This document shows, one piece after another, positions 29,014 to 38,717 of a DNA stretch of 64,000 bases. Within the stretch, counting starts at the first letter, position 1. Each line of letters opens with the position of its first letter. Source of the stretch: an uncultured Lachnospiraceae bacterium. GTDB lineage: Bacteria; Bacillota; Clostridia; Oscillospirales; CAG-272. The DNA is taken from NCBI GenBank assembly GCA_964631595.1, contig CAZVXL010000010.1, positions 685-64,684 on the forward strand. Direction: 5' to 3'. Below the pieces are notes generated by a model. The model did not search any database, was not told the origin of the DNA, and worked only from the letters and a program-made list of their open reading frames with translations. Both the position numbers and the translations under genes were made by a program.

Positions 29014-29982
29014 TTATGCCCAAGACATCGTGGTGGGCTTGGGATCGTGAATGATGATGGGCTTCAGAAGCGCGACTGCCTTCTCAAGTCCCTCGTCAAT
29101 TGACATGAGGCTGTCCTCATGCTCTATCGACATAACGCGATCGTAGCCGACAAGACGGAGATTCGACGCGATATCTCTCCAGTATTCCTCGCCGTGACCG
29201 TAGCCGACAGCTCTGAACACCCATGCGCGGCCGATCTCATCACCGTAGTGCTTGGTGTCGAGATTGCCGATGGCGGGAGAGTTGATGGGGTCGATCTTAA
29301 CGTCCTTGGCGTGAACATGATAGATCGCATCACCGAGGTAGCGGATCGCCTTGACGGGATCAATGCCCTGCCATACGAGATGTGAGGGATCGAAGTTGGC
29401 GCCGATCTCGGGGCCTACGGCGGCACGGAGCTTCATCAGCGTCTCGGTGTTGTATACGCAGAAGCCGGGGTGCATCTCCAGAGCGATTCTGGTCACACCG
29501 TGCTCACGCGCGAACTTGACCGTTTCCTTCCAGTAGGGAATCAGAACGTCGTTCCACTGATAGTCGAGCACCTTGAGGTATTCCTCGGGCCAAGCGCAGG
29601 TAGCCCAGTTGGGCATCTTGTCGTCGGGGCTTCCGCCGGGGCATCCGGAGAAGGTGACGATCGTATCGACTCCGCACTTCTCGGCAAGGAGAACCGCGTT
29701 TACAAAATCATCGTGGTATCTCTTTGCCTCGGCGGGATCGGGATGAACGGGATTTCCGTGGCAGGCAAAAGCGGCAAGCTCAATGCCGGTACGGGCAAAC
29801 TCGGCTTTGAATGCCTCAAGAGCCTTGGGATCCGCCAAAAGAGCCGCGGGATCGCACTGTGCCTTGCCGGGATAGCCGCCCGCACCGATCTCTGCGGCTT
29901 CTACGCCGAGAGAGGCAAGGCGGTCAAGAGTCTGTGCAAGAGTCTTGTCGCCGTAAAGGTTAGCAAGAACGCAAAGTTTCAT
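29014..29982 (-). CDS. Xylose isomerase-like TIM-barrel sugar epimerase/eliminase/hydratase
   Basis: ALEMHPG, NFDPSH, HVHAKD, SIEHED metal ligands. Confidence 0.85.
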   Translation of the reverse strand: MKLCVLANLYGDKTLAQTLDRLASLGVEAAEIGAGGYPGKAQCDPAALLADPKALEAFKAEFARTGIELAAFACHGNPVHPDPAEAKRYHDDFVNAVLLAEKCGVDTIVTFSGCPGGSPDDKMPNWATCAWPEEYLKVLDYQWNDVLIPYWKETVKFAREHGVTRIALEMHPGFCVYNTETLMKLRAAVGPEIGANFDPSHLVWQGIDPVKAIRYLGDAIYHVHAKDVKIDPINSPAIGNLDTKHYGDEIGRAWVFRAVGYGHGEEYWRDIASNLRLVGYDRVMSIEHEDSLMSIDEGLEKAVALLKPIIIHDPKPTTMSWA

Positions 29983-29999
29983 TGTAGTTACCTCTTTGA

Positions 30000-31100
30000 T
30001 TATTTGTTGAGGAATACGATATCGCCGGTCTCGGCGGACTTGTAGATGGCCTCAAGAATACGGGTTACGCAGAGAGCCTGCTCGGGAAGAACGCAGGGGT
30101 CCTTGTCATCCATGATGGCGCGGATCCACTGACGGGCCTCCTTGGTACCGGAATCCTCGTTGGGATTGCCGTCGAAGAAAGCAACTCCACCTGCACCGAA
30201 GTCGATCTGAGTGGTGTACTGACGCCCGTCGCGAACGCCGTTGAGACGGAGACCGCCGTGGTAGTCTGCTCCGCCGAGAGTACCGGCGATGGTGCAGCAA
30301 GCCTCTCTGGACTCGGCTACGTTGAGTGCCCAAGAGGACTCAACTCTTACGGTCGCGCCGTTCTCCATAACTACGAATCCGAATGCGGAATCCTCAACGG
30401 TGAACTTAGCGGGATCCCAGTCGCCCCATGCATTTGCGGAGTTGACCTGATCGTTCAGCTTGTGATAGGTGGTACCTACAGCGTACTTGGGCTTGTAGTT
30501 ATCCATAGTCCAAAGGGTAAGGTCGAGAGCGTGAGTTCCGATGTCGATAAGGGGACCGCCGCCCTGCTCATACTCGTTGAGGAATACGCCCCATGTGGGA
30601 ACTGCTCTGCGGCGGATAGCGTGAGCGGTACCGAGATACATATCACCGAAGGTACCCTTTACAGCCTCTGCCTTCATGTACTGAGCATTGGAATTCTGAC
30701 GGTTCTGATAACCGATGGTGAGCTTCTTGCCGGTGCGCTTTGCGGCATCGAGCATCTTCATAGCTTCCTCGGAGTTGATCGCCATGGGCTTCTCACACAT
30801 AACGTGCTTGCCTGCCTCAAGAGCATCTACGGTGATAAAGGAGTGAGCTCTGTTGGGAGTACAAACGTGAACAACGTCGATGGACTTATCCTCAAGAAGC
30901 TCCTTGTAATTCTCGTAGACCTTGGCATCGGGAGTTCCGAAGTCCTGCTTTGCCTTTTCAGCCTTTTCAACGATGATATCGCAGAAGGCTACCATCTCCA
31001 CGTTGGAAATGTTGCGAAGGGAGGGCATATGCTTGCCGTTGGCGATACCGCCGCAGCCGATAATACCTACCCTTACCTTGTCAGATGCATTTACTGCCAT
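30000..31100 (-). CDS. Gfo/Idh/MocA family oxidoreductase
   Basis: VGIIGCGGIA, HVMCEKPMA, GGGPLIDIGTHALD. Confidence 0.92.
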   Translation of the reverse strand: MAVNASDKVRVGIIGCGGIANGKHMPSLRNISNVEMVAFCDIIVEKAEKAKQDFGTPDAKVYENYKELLEDKSIDVVHVCTPNRAHSFITVDALEAGKHVMCEKPMAINSEEAMKMLDAAKRTGKKLTIGYQNRQNSNAQYMKAEAVKGTFGDMYLGTAHAIRRRAVPTWGVFLNEYEQGGGPLIDIGTHALDLTLWTMDNYKPKYAVGTTYHKLNDQVNSANAWGDWDPAKFTVEDSAFGFVVMENGATVRVESSWALNVAESREACCTIAGTLGGADYHGGLRLNGVRDGRQYTTQIDFGAGGVAFFDGNPNEDSGTKEARQWIRAIMDDKDPCVLPEQALCVTRILEAIYKSAETGDIVFLNK

Positions 31101-31194
31101 TTTGGGTTCCTCCAAATATGTAAAAAATTATTTTTGACACAGCCCGAAGCCTTCGGGTGGACATTCTCGGCACAGCTATACCGAGTATATCTAT

Positions 31195-31223
31195 ATGATA
31201 AAACAAATCGCCGCTATTTGCAA
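31195..31223 (-). promoter_or_regulatory. Promoter of the Gfo/TIM-barrel operon
   Basis: TTGCAA-17-TATCAT on the minus strand. Confidence 0.65.
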
Positions 31224-31334
31224 GGACTTTGGGAAATCTTTTCGAAAAAGAATTTTTACCCATGGCACTTTGCACAAAAGCGGCGAATAAAATTGGCTAT
31301 GATGAACAAACTCCGATGCGGGTGAAGAAAGACA

Positions 31335-32453
31335 CTACAGACCGAAAAATTCAGCGATTCGATCTGCCACGAAGTTGAAGCCGAGCTTGTCACCGAGGGG
31401 AGCGCCGGTGCGTGACGGCGAGTAGCAGAGGTACGGCACGTACTCTCTTGTGTGATCGGTGGTCTTTGTAAATTTCGGATCACAGCCGTGGTCGGCGGTG
31501 ATGATGAGAGCATCGTCGGAGGTCAGCTTTGGTATAAAGCCTTCGAGGAAGGCATCGAAGCGGCACAGTGCCTCACCGTATCCGCGCGGATCGCGACGGT
31601 GACCGTAGAGCATATCGAAATCGACGAGATTCACAAAGCACAGACCGCGAAAATCCCTGTCCGCAAGCTCCGCCGTGCGCGCCATGCAGGCATCGTTACC
31701 CTTGTCGGGGTAGCTCTCCGTGATACCCCTTCCCGCGAAGATATCGGAGATCTTTCCGACACCGATCACATCGCAGCCCGACTCGGAGAGACGGTCGAGC
31801 ACGGTCACTCCCGTCGGCTCAAGCGAAAAATCGTGCCGCTCCGAGGTGCGGATATAATTCGGGTATTCGCCCGTAAACGGTCTGGCGATGACTCTGCCCA
31901 CGCCGTGCGGCGGAGTGAGTATTCTCCGTGCGGTACGGCATATGTCATACAGCTCATCGATGGGGATAACGGAGGTGTGCGCCGCGATCTGAAATACGCT
32001 GTCGGCGGAGGTGTACACTATAACACTGCCCGTCTCAACGTGCTCTCTGCCGTAATCGCGAATGACGTCTGTGCCGGAGTACGGCTTGTTGCACAGTACC
32101 TTGCGACCGATAGCCTCCGAAAATCTCAGAAGGATATCCTCGGGAAAGCCGTTAGGATATGTCGGCAGGGGCTTTTCGGAGATCACGCCCGCAAGCTCCC
32201 AGTGACCGACGGTCGTGTCCTTTCCGCGCGAGAGCTCCGCCATTCGGCAGTGATCTGCGGCGGGAGCCGCTACCCTCGGTACCGTATCCGCTCCGGTGAT
32301 ACAGCCCAGTCCTAGACACTGCAGCATCGGCAGTGAAATACCGCCGTCCGAGGCACTGCGGAGCGTATTTGTCCCCTCGTCCCCGAAATCCGCCGCATCG
32401 GGTGCCTCACCGATGCCGAGGCTGTCGAGCACGATCAAAAATACCCGTTTCAT
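31335..32453 (-). CDS. deoB: Phosphopentomutase
   Basis: Start MKRVFLIVLDSLGIG; GKDTTVGHWE, YTSADSVFQIAAH, YGHRRD, TADHGCDP, DHTREYVP. Confidence 0.97.
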   Translation of the reverse strand: MKRVFLIVLDSLGIGEAPDAADFGDEGTNTLRSASDGGISLPMLQCLGLGCITGADTVPRVAAPAADHCRMAELSRGKDTTVGHWELAGVISEKPLPTYPNGFPEDILLRFSEAIGRKVLCNKPYSGTDVIRDYGREHVETGSVIVYTSADSVFQIAAHTSVIPIDELYDICRTARRILTPPHGVGRVIARPFTGEYPNYIRTSERHDFSLEPTGVTVLDRLSESGCDVIGVGKISDIFAGRGITESYPDKGNDACMARTAELADRDFRGLCFVNLVDFDMLYGHRRDPRGYGEALCRFDAFLEGFIPKLTSDDALIITADHGCDPKFTKTTDHTREYVPYLCYSPSRTGAPLGDKLGFNFVADRIAEFFGL

Positions 32454-32467
32454 AGAGACCTCACCGC

Positions 32468-33196
32468 TCAAAGCTTTACGGCGGAATTTAGCGCCAGAGT
32501 TATCATCTCGGTGAGGGAGGTCTGCCTCTCCTCGGTTTTGAGCATTTCTCCGGTGACGAGCTGATCGGAAACGGTGCAGACGGCGAGGGCGTTTTTGCCG
32601 AGACGGGCGGCTGTGGCGTACAGCGCCGCCGCTTCCATCTCCACGGCGAGGACTCCCATCTTCGCCCAAAGCCGATTGTATCTGCGGCTCTCGGTGAGAT
32701 CCTCGTCATCCGTGTAGAAGCGGTCGGTCGATACGACGGTACCGACCTCGTGATCTATTCCCTCCGCCTCCGCTTCATCGGCAAAGGTGCGGAGAAGTCT
32801 GTAGCTTGCCGCGGGTGCGAAATGACCGGGGAGACCGTAGCAATCGGCAAAATTGGAATCGGTAGAACAGGCGGAGGCGATGATGACGCGCCTGAGCGGA
32901 ACGCGCTCAAGCAGAGCTCCCGCCGAGCCGATGCGGATGATATTCTCCACGCCCATGCCGGTGTAAAGCTCACGCGAGTAGATGCCGATGGAGGGCATAC
33001 CCATTCCGCTTGCCATAACGCTGACGGGCACGCCCTTCCATTTGCCCGTGTAGCCTTGGATCCCGCGAACGTTGTTCACAAGAACGGCATTCTCCAAAAA
33101 TTCCTCTGCGATGAATTTCGAGCGCAGGGGGTCGCCGGGCATCAGAACGGTATTTGCGAAATCCTTCGGCTCGGCTGCAATGTGTAATGTTGACAT
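32468..33196 (-). CDS. deoD: Purine nucleoside phosphorylase (DeoD type)
   Basis: VLMPGDPLR, GMGMPS, IRIGSAG, AVEMEAA. Confidence 0.96.
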   Translation of the reverse strand: MSTLHIAAEPKDFANTVLMPGDPLRSKFIAEEFLENAVLVNNVRGIQGYTGKWKGVPVSVMASGMGMPSIGIYSRELYTGMGVENIIRIGSAGALLERVPLRRVIIASACSTDSNFADCYGLPGHFAPAASYRLLRTFADEAEAEGIDHEVGTVVSTDRFYTDDEDLTESRRYNRLWAKMGVLAVEMEAAALYATAARLGKNALAVCTVSDQLVTGEMLKTEERQTSLTEMITLALNSAVKL

Positions 33197-33226
33197 ATCA
33201 GTCTCCTTTGAGCTTATATATTGCGA

Positions 33227-33877
33227 TCAGCCGTTCAGGGCGATCTTGACAAGTCTGCTTGTACCGAGTCTGTCGGCACCGAGAGAAAGAAACAGCTCGG
33301 CATCCTCAAGGCTTGCTATGCCGCCGGCGGCTTTCACGCGCAAGCCCGCGGGCGCATTTTTGCACAGCACCTCAACATTGTGCGGATCCGCACCGCTCTT
33401 TGAAAATCCGGTGGAGGTCTTGATGTAATCGGCACCCGCCTTTGCGGTGACGGCGCACATTTCGATCATCTCCTCGTCGGTGAGCAGACAGCATTCGATT
33501 ATCACCTTGAGGATCTTGCCCTCACAGGCGGCGCGCACGGCGGATATCTCGGCTCCGACAAGCTCCGTATCTCCCGACTTCAGTGCGCCGATGTTTATAA
33601 CCATGTCGATCTCGTCGGCACCGTCCGCCACGGCGGCGGCGGTCTCCGCTACCTTGATCTCGGTTCGGCTGTAGCCGCAGGGAAAGCCGATCACGGTGCA
33701 GATCGGCACTCTTTTATGGGAATACTCCGCCGCCTGCTTTACAAAGCACGGCGGAATACAGACGGAGGCGGTGCCGAAGCGTATGCCCTCGTCGATCACC
33801 TTGCGTATATCATCCCACGTGGCATCGGGGGAGAGCAGTGTGTGGTCTGCATGAGCGAGAAGTGCTGATAATTCCAT
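33227..33877 (-). CDS. deoC: Deoxyribose-phosphate aldolase
   Basis: DHTLL, TVIGFP, GADEIDMVIN, IKTSTGF, VKAAGGI, RLGTS; exact start uncertain. Confidence 0.96.
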   Translation of the reverse strand: MELSALLAHADHTLLSPDATWDDIRKVIDEGIRFGTASVCIPPCFVKQAAEYSHKRVPICTVIGFPCGYSRTEIKVAETAAAVADGADEIDMVINIGALKSGDTELVGAEISAVRAACEGKILKVIIECCLLTDEEMIEMCAVTAKAGADYIKTSTGFSKSGADPHNVEVLCKNAPAGLRVKAAGGIASLEDAELFLSLGADRLGTSRLVKIALNG

Positions 33878-33941
33878 AGTGTACCGCGAACGTCCCGTGG
33901 ACTTGTTCGCAATCCCTTCGTAATATTTTGTGAAGCTGCCG

Positions 33942-35132
33942 TCAGTCCTCAAATTGGCGGAGCGTTACCGTGAATCTTGATTCAAGTGCTTCGCGAATGA
34001 GAGTCTCTCTGTCGAGTCCCGCTTCCGCGGCGATCACCTTTTCGATCTGCGGCTGAGTTCTCGGGTGGCGCGGGGTGAATACCGTACAGCAGTCCTCATA
34101 CGGCTCGATCGAGGTGTCGTAGGTGTCGATCCGACGGGAGATGCGAATTATCTCCTCCTTGTCAAGACCGATGCAGGGACGGAATACGGGACGGTCGGCG
34201 GCAGCCTCGGTGGAGCAGATAGCCGCGGTCGTTTGGCTTGCGACCTGACCGAGGCTCTCTCCCGTGATGAGCACGGGAGCGCCGATCTCACTTGCGGTGA
34301 GTGATGCGAGCTGCATCATGAACCGCCGCAGGATCAGCGTGAAGTAGTCCTCCTCACAGTTGTCGCGTATCATCTCCTGTATGTGCGTGAGAGATATCAC
34401 ATGAACCCGTATGTATCCCGTGTACTCCGTGAGCTTTTTCGCAAGCGTGAGTACCTTCTCCCGCGCGCGCTCACTTGTGTAGGGGATCGACTCAAAGTAC
34501 AGAGCGTCGATCTTCAGACCGCGCTTCGCCATCATGTATCCGGCAACGGGGCTGTCTATGCCACCCGACAGAAGCAGAAGTCCCTTGCCGCCGCAGCCGT
34601 AGGGAATACCGCCGGCACCCGCGTCCTGCCCTGCGTGAATGTATGCGCCGTGGTCGCGTATCTCGATGCGAACGGTGACGTCGGCACTGTCCATCTTCAC
34701 CTTCAGATGCGGCATGACAGAGAGAATGGCACCGCCCGCCTCGGCGGCGATCTCGGGCGATTTCAGGGGGAATCTCTTGTCGGAGCGCTTCGCCTCACAG
34801 CGGAAGGTCTTACAGCCGATAAGCCTGTCGGGAATGTATTCCTTCAAAGTTCGGCAAATGTCGTCCATATTCTTTTCGGCAACTGCCGCTTTTGTGACGG
34901 CGACGAAGCCGAATACCTTCTTCGCCTGCTCGTACATCGCGTCGATGTCGCTCTCCCAAGGATCGTCGCTCTCCGGCTCAATGTACACCGTGCTTTGCGC
35001 GAGCCGAAGGTTGAATTTGCCTATCGCCTTTGCTCTGCGGCGCAGCTCCTTCATGAGGATCGTTTCAAATGAGCCCTTGTTTGCTCCCTTGAGGATTATC
35101 TCCCCGTATTTACATAGTATGACTTCCTTCAT
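33942..35132 (-). CDS. thiI: tRNA 4-thiouridine synthase ThiI (no rhodanese domain)
   Basis: KYGEIILKG, THUMP region, LLSGGIDSPVA, TGESLGQVASQT, EDCC. Confidence 0.97.
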   Translation of the reverse strand: MKEVILCKYGEIILKGANKGSFETILMKELRRRAKAIGKFNLRLAQSTVYIEPESDDPWESDIDAMYEQAKKVFGFVAVTKAAVAEKNMDDICRTLKEYIPDRLIGCKTFRCEAKRSDKRFPLKSPEIAAEAGGAILSVMPHLKVKMDSADVTVRIEIRDHGAYIHAGQDAGAGGIPYGCGGKGLLLLSGGIDSPVAGYMMAKRGLKIDALYFESIPYTSERAREKVLTLAKKLTEYTGYIRVHVISLTHIQEMIRDNCEEDYFTLILRRFMMQLASLTASEIGAPVLITGESLGQVASQTTAAICSTEAAADRPVFRPCIGLDKEEIIRISRRIDTYDTSIEPYEDCCTVFTPRHPRTQPQIEKVIAAEAGLDRETLIREALESRFTVTLRQFED

Positions 35133-35165
35133 CGGTAGATCCTTTCGTATGGGGCAGACGCCCCT

Positions 35166-35708
35166 TTATTTTATGACACGCAGGCGATAGCCCTTCGAGC
35201 GCACGGTAAATAGCGTGCCCTCACCGAAGGCGGCATCGAGCTTTTTTCTCAGATATGAGATGTAGACGGCGCAGAGATTGCGGTCGATGCGCCCCCACAC
35301 CGCATTTGACAGCTCCTCGGCGGAGGAAAAGCGGTTGCCGTTTTCGAGAATTGCCGAAAACAGTCGAAGCTCGGTGGGAGTGAGCCGCACCGATCTGCCG
35401 CCGAGAACGGCGGAGGAGGTCTCGGTATCGACCGAAAACTTGTCCCGCGGCAATATCAGCGCCATTGCCGCATCAAGCAGTGACTCCGCCGAAAAAGGAC
35501 GCGGGAGGACGGTACATTCGTCTCCGGCTCGGAGAAGCAGACTGCCGTTCTTCTCACTGATGAAAAGAGACGGCGATCCCGAATCCGAGAAGCAAAAATG
35601 CGAGGACAGAACGGCTTTGACAAAGCCGTCAAACTCGGGATATCCCGTGTCGGTGCGGCACGTCGGAAGTGCGTCACCCGCTATCGAAAAATCAGTTTGT
35701 GTAATCAT
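35166..35708 (-). CDS. OmpR/PhoB-type winged-helix DNA-binding protein with a degenerate receiver remnant
   Basis: LPRPFS..LL, RLTPTELRLF, VWG, VYISYLRKKL, TVRSKGYRL; no intact receiver domain. Confidence 0.8.
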   Translation of the reverse strand: MITQTDFSIAGDALPTCRTDTGYPEFDGFVKAVLSSHFCFSDSGSPSLFISEKNGSLLLRAGDECTVLPRPFSAESLLDAAMALILPRDKFSVDTETSSAVLGGRSVRLTPTELRLFSAILENGNRFSSAEELSNAVWGRIDRNLCAVYISYLRKKLDAAFGEGTLFTVRSKGYRLRVIK

Positions 35709-35743
35709 ACTATAATAATACAATAGAATTGCGAAAAAGTCAA
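35709..35743 (-). promoter_or_regulatory. Promoter placing +1 at the ATG (probable leaderless mRNA)
   Basis: TTGACT-17-TATTAT, then 6 nt, then ATG at 35708; no Shine-Dalgarno sequence. Confidence 0.7.
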
Positions 35744-35811
35744 TCACGAACGGAATTTAGGCAACGGCAAAAAACAGCATTCGCCTAAATGCGCGGGTAA
35801 TAACGAAATAG

Positions 35812-36022
35812 GGTGGGGAAGCATGGAAACCGAGCATAAATGGGAATAAATGGAAATAGTGGAAAAACTATGCAATACCGACAAAGTCGAATGGAAAATA
35901 CTGGAAAATAGTAGTGAAAAATGGTCAAAAAAACAGCTCAAACGCGATAAAAATTTTTGATAAGGTATTGTAATTTGCAGTTGTCTATATTATAATATAA
36001 GTAATCGTGGGGCGAAGTGGTG
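35812..36022 (+). promoter_or_regulatory. dcw promoter with MraZ-box-like repeats
   Basis: TTGTAA(35968)-17-TATAAT(35991); GTGG at 36007 and 36017; further TGG motifs at about 10-nt period in 35814-35924. Confidence 0.7.
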
Positions 36023-36052
36023 AGCCTCGCAGTGAAAAGGGGGGACGAAGCA

Positions 36053-36472
36053 ATGCTCGTAGGGAAGTATAATCATACTCTCGATGCAAAGAACCGTATG
36101 TTCATACCGGCGAAGCACAGAGAAATTCTCGGCGATAAGTTCATGATCGTCAAGAACGTCGACCATTGCCTCTCCGTCTATTCCATGGAGGCATGGGAGA
36201 AGTACGCTGCGAAGATCAACGAGCAGCCCAAGATCAAGGCGCGCAAGATGCTTCGTCAGATATATTCGAATGCGGCGTCGGTGGAGCCCGATTCTCAGGG
36301 ACGTGTTCCGATATCCGAGGAAATGAAGAAGTACGCCGGCATTGAGAAGAACGTCGTGATCCTCGGCTGCGGCGAATATGCCGAGATCTGGTCCGAGGAG
36401 GCATATCTCATCGAGGAGGCGGACGACAGTGATGACAGCCTTCTTGAAATGATGCTGGAAGCGGGACTTTAA
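36053..36472 (+). CDS. mraZ: Transcriptional regulator MraZ
   Basis: LDAKNRMFIPAK, DSQGRVPI, EIWS. Confidence 0.95.
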   Translation: MLVGKYNHTLDAKNRMFIPAKHREILGDKFMIVKNVDHCLSVYSMEAWEKYAAKINEQPKIKARKMLRQIYSNAASVEPDSQGRVPISEEMKKYAGIEKNVVILGCGEYAEIWSEEAYLIEEADDSDDSLLEMMLEAGL

Positions 36473-36473
36473 G

Positions 36474-37424
36474 ATGGAGTTTTCTCATGTATCCGTGCTT
36501 CTCGGTGAAGCTGTCGGTGCGCTGAATATAAAGCCAAACGGGATATACGTTGACTGTACCGCCGGAGGCGGCGGACATTCCTTTGAGATAGCCTCACGTC
36601 TCGGTGACGGAGGAAGACTCATTTCGATAGACAGAGATGAGGACGCGATAATCGCCGCGGGAGAGCGGCTTGCCCCCTTCGGGGACAGGGTGACGGTAGT
36701 CCGCAGAAATTACGGAGACGTGGGCGCGGTGCTCGACGAGCTCGGCATCGGCGCGATAGACGGGATCCTCTGGGATCTCGGCGTGTCGTCTCATCAGCTT
36801 GATGCGGCGGAAAGAGGCTTTTCGTATATGGCGGATGCTCCGCTCGATATGCGAATGGACAATACCTCACCACTCACCGCGGAGACGGTGGTGAACACCT
36901 ATCCGGAGAGTGAGCTTGCACGGATAATACGGGATTACGGCGAGGAGCGCTTCGCTTCGCGCATCGCCCGCAGGATCGCGGAGGCAAGAGAGACCGCTCC
37001 GATACTCACTACCCGCGAGCTGTCGAATATAATCGAAAAAGCAATACCGGAGAAGAATCGCAGGGCGGAGAACAAGCATCCGTCAAAGAGGACGTTTCAG
37101 GCGATCCGCATCGAGGTGAACGGTGAGCTTGATGCTATCGCGCCGTCGCTTGAGGCGGGTGTGCAAAGACTTGCGGCAGGCGGGAGAGCGGCTGTCATCA
37201 CCTTCCATTCGCTGGAGGACAGAATAGTAAAGAACACCTTCGCGGAGCTTTGCAGAGGATGCGTTTGCCCTCCGGATTTCCCCGTGTGCGTTTGCGGAAG
37301 AACTCCCGAGGCGGCGCTTGTCTTCAAGAAGCCGATGATTCCCTCGGAGGAGGAGCTGGAGGTAAATCCGCGCGCAAGAAGCGCGAAGCTGAGAGCGATA
37401 GAAAAGCTCGGAGCAAGGAACTGA
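36474..37424 (+). CDS. rsmH: 16S rRNA m4C1402 methyltransferase
   Basis: HVSVLL, DCTAGGGGHS, DLGVSSHQLD, FQAIRIEVN, FHSLEDR, NPRARSAKLR. Confidence 0.98.
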   Translation: MEFSHVSVLLGEAVGALNIKPNGIYVDCTAGGGGHSFEIASRLGDGGRLISIDRDEDAIIAAGERLAPFGDRVTVVRRNYGDVGAVLDELGIGAIDGILWDLGVSSHQLDAAERGFSYMADAPLDMRMDNTSPLTAETVVNTYPESELARIIRDYGEERFASRIARRIAEARETAPILTTRELSNIIEKAIPEKNRRAENKHPSKRTFQAIRIEVNGELDAIAPSLEAGVQRLAAGGRAAVITFHSLEDRIVKNTFAELCRGCVCPPDFPVCVCGRTPEAALVFKKPMIPSEEELEVNPRARSAKLRAIEKLGARN

Positions 37425-37539
37425 CCGCAGGCGGGACATTTTCGGTCTCATCATTTATATTATATAATAACAAATCGGATGTGCGGCGATGTGGGCCGCG
37501 GATGACGGAAGAAAAAACACGAGAGGAGCTACACTGACC

Positions 37540-38568
37540 ATGGTATACAATAACGCGGTATACAGACCTGCATCTTTAAGTGAAAGACTTCAGGCAAGGT
37601 TCGGGGAACGGGCGGCGAAAGCCGTTTCCGGAGCAAGCTCCAAGGGACAGACTTCGTATAATACGGGAGAGGTGCTGTCCTTTTTCGGTCGTGTTGACGA
37701 TAATGTGACGGCAAACAGAGCCATTCCGAAAAAGAGACGCGTTCAGCCCTCGGCTGATACCGCACAGCAAAGAGCACAGCAGAGAGTACAGCAGCCGCGC
37801 ACAGCCTCAGCCGGATCGGCGGCGACACGCGAATTTGACAGGAGAGCGGTACAGGCGGGCGCACGCAAAGCGGCGGGTACGCAGAAACAGAGGGTCGGCG
37901 CAAGAGCGCAGGCGACTCCCGAGATCACAAGGACATTTACAAGGGCATATGCCGCAGGCGAGAGGGTCAGACAGACTGCCGAGAGCTATTCCGGCGTTGC
38001 CAAAAGGCGCTATGCCGTCGGAGCAATGCCGTCGGGTGCACTCAGACGCGGCAGATCCAATATTTCCGGAGCAAGACATGCGGTGCTCGTGACCTCCGAC
38101 AGCCCGGACAGCGGAAAGGGCATCATCGCCACGCTGAAGGATGCCTTCGGTGACCGCCATATCGCGGAGCACAGAGTTAAAAAGGATCCGTTCCCCTTGG
38201 CGTTCGTAACTCTTGTCGGTATTTGTGCATTTATGGTGATGGTGCTGATCTTCAGCTTTTCTCAGGTGCATGAGTACAACAGCAATATAAGCAATTTGAA
38301 GAATACGCAGAGCGAGCTTGCGGAGCAGGCGGCGAAGCTTGAGGTGCTCCTTGAGGAGCGCGACGATATCCGCGAGATCGAGAAGATCGCCGTGGAGAAG
38401 ATCGGTATGGTGAGCAGTGATACCGTTCAGTCGAAGTTTGTTTCCGTGGGTGCATCGGACAGAGTGGAGGTCATTAAAACAGAACCCGAGGAGACCGAGG
38501 GCGGCTTTTCCGCGCTTCTTTCCGTTATCGGAGAGAGCCTCGGACAGATAGGTGAGTATTTTAACTGA
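37540..38568 (+). CDS. FtsL-like cell division protein with a very long basic N-terminal extension
   Basis: Occupies the ftsL position; single TM, coiled coil, IEKIAVEKIGMV motif. Confidence 0.65.
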   Translation: MVYNNAVYRPASLSERLQARFGERAAKAVSGASSKGQTSYNTGEVLSFFGRVDDNVTANRAIPKKRRVQPSADTAQQRAQQRVQQPRTASAGSAATREFDRRAVQAGARKAAGTQKQRVGARAQATPEITRTFTRAYAAGERVRQTAESYSGVAKRRYAVGAMPSGALRRGRSNISGARHAVLVTSDSPDSGKGIIATLKDAFGDRHIAEHRVKKDPFPLAFVTLVGICAFMVMVLIFSFSQVHEYNSNISNLKNTQSELAEQAAKLEVLLEERDDIREIEKIAVEKIGMVSSDTVQSKFVSVGASDRVEVIKTEPEETEGGFSALLSVIGESLGQIGEYFN

Positions 38569-38717
38569 TACCGAGCCTTGAAAAAAGGTGAAAGGTGGCG
38601 TGCATATTCGGTACGCCGCCTTTCGGATTTACGGAGAATCGCGCCGCGGGCGAATATAGCCGTGTGCGGCGTAATAGAATTATATAGATGCCGAAAATAC
38701 CGAGAGGGGGAGTTGCC

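Noticed and set aside
28358-29103. Small ORFs in the 28.3-29.0 kb gap
   Set aside because: No RBS, atypical Arg/Ala/Cys-rich composition, and several cross terminators
31143-31190. Two small hairpins in the leader of the Gfo/Idh/MocA gene as a riboswitch
   Set aside because: Short simple stems with no recognisable aptamer or expression platform; more likely stability elements
32454-32669. N-terminal extension of deoB shown in the ORF track
   Set aside because: It overlaps deoD; family-like sequence begins at the ATG at 32453, which has an RBS
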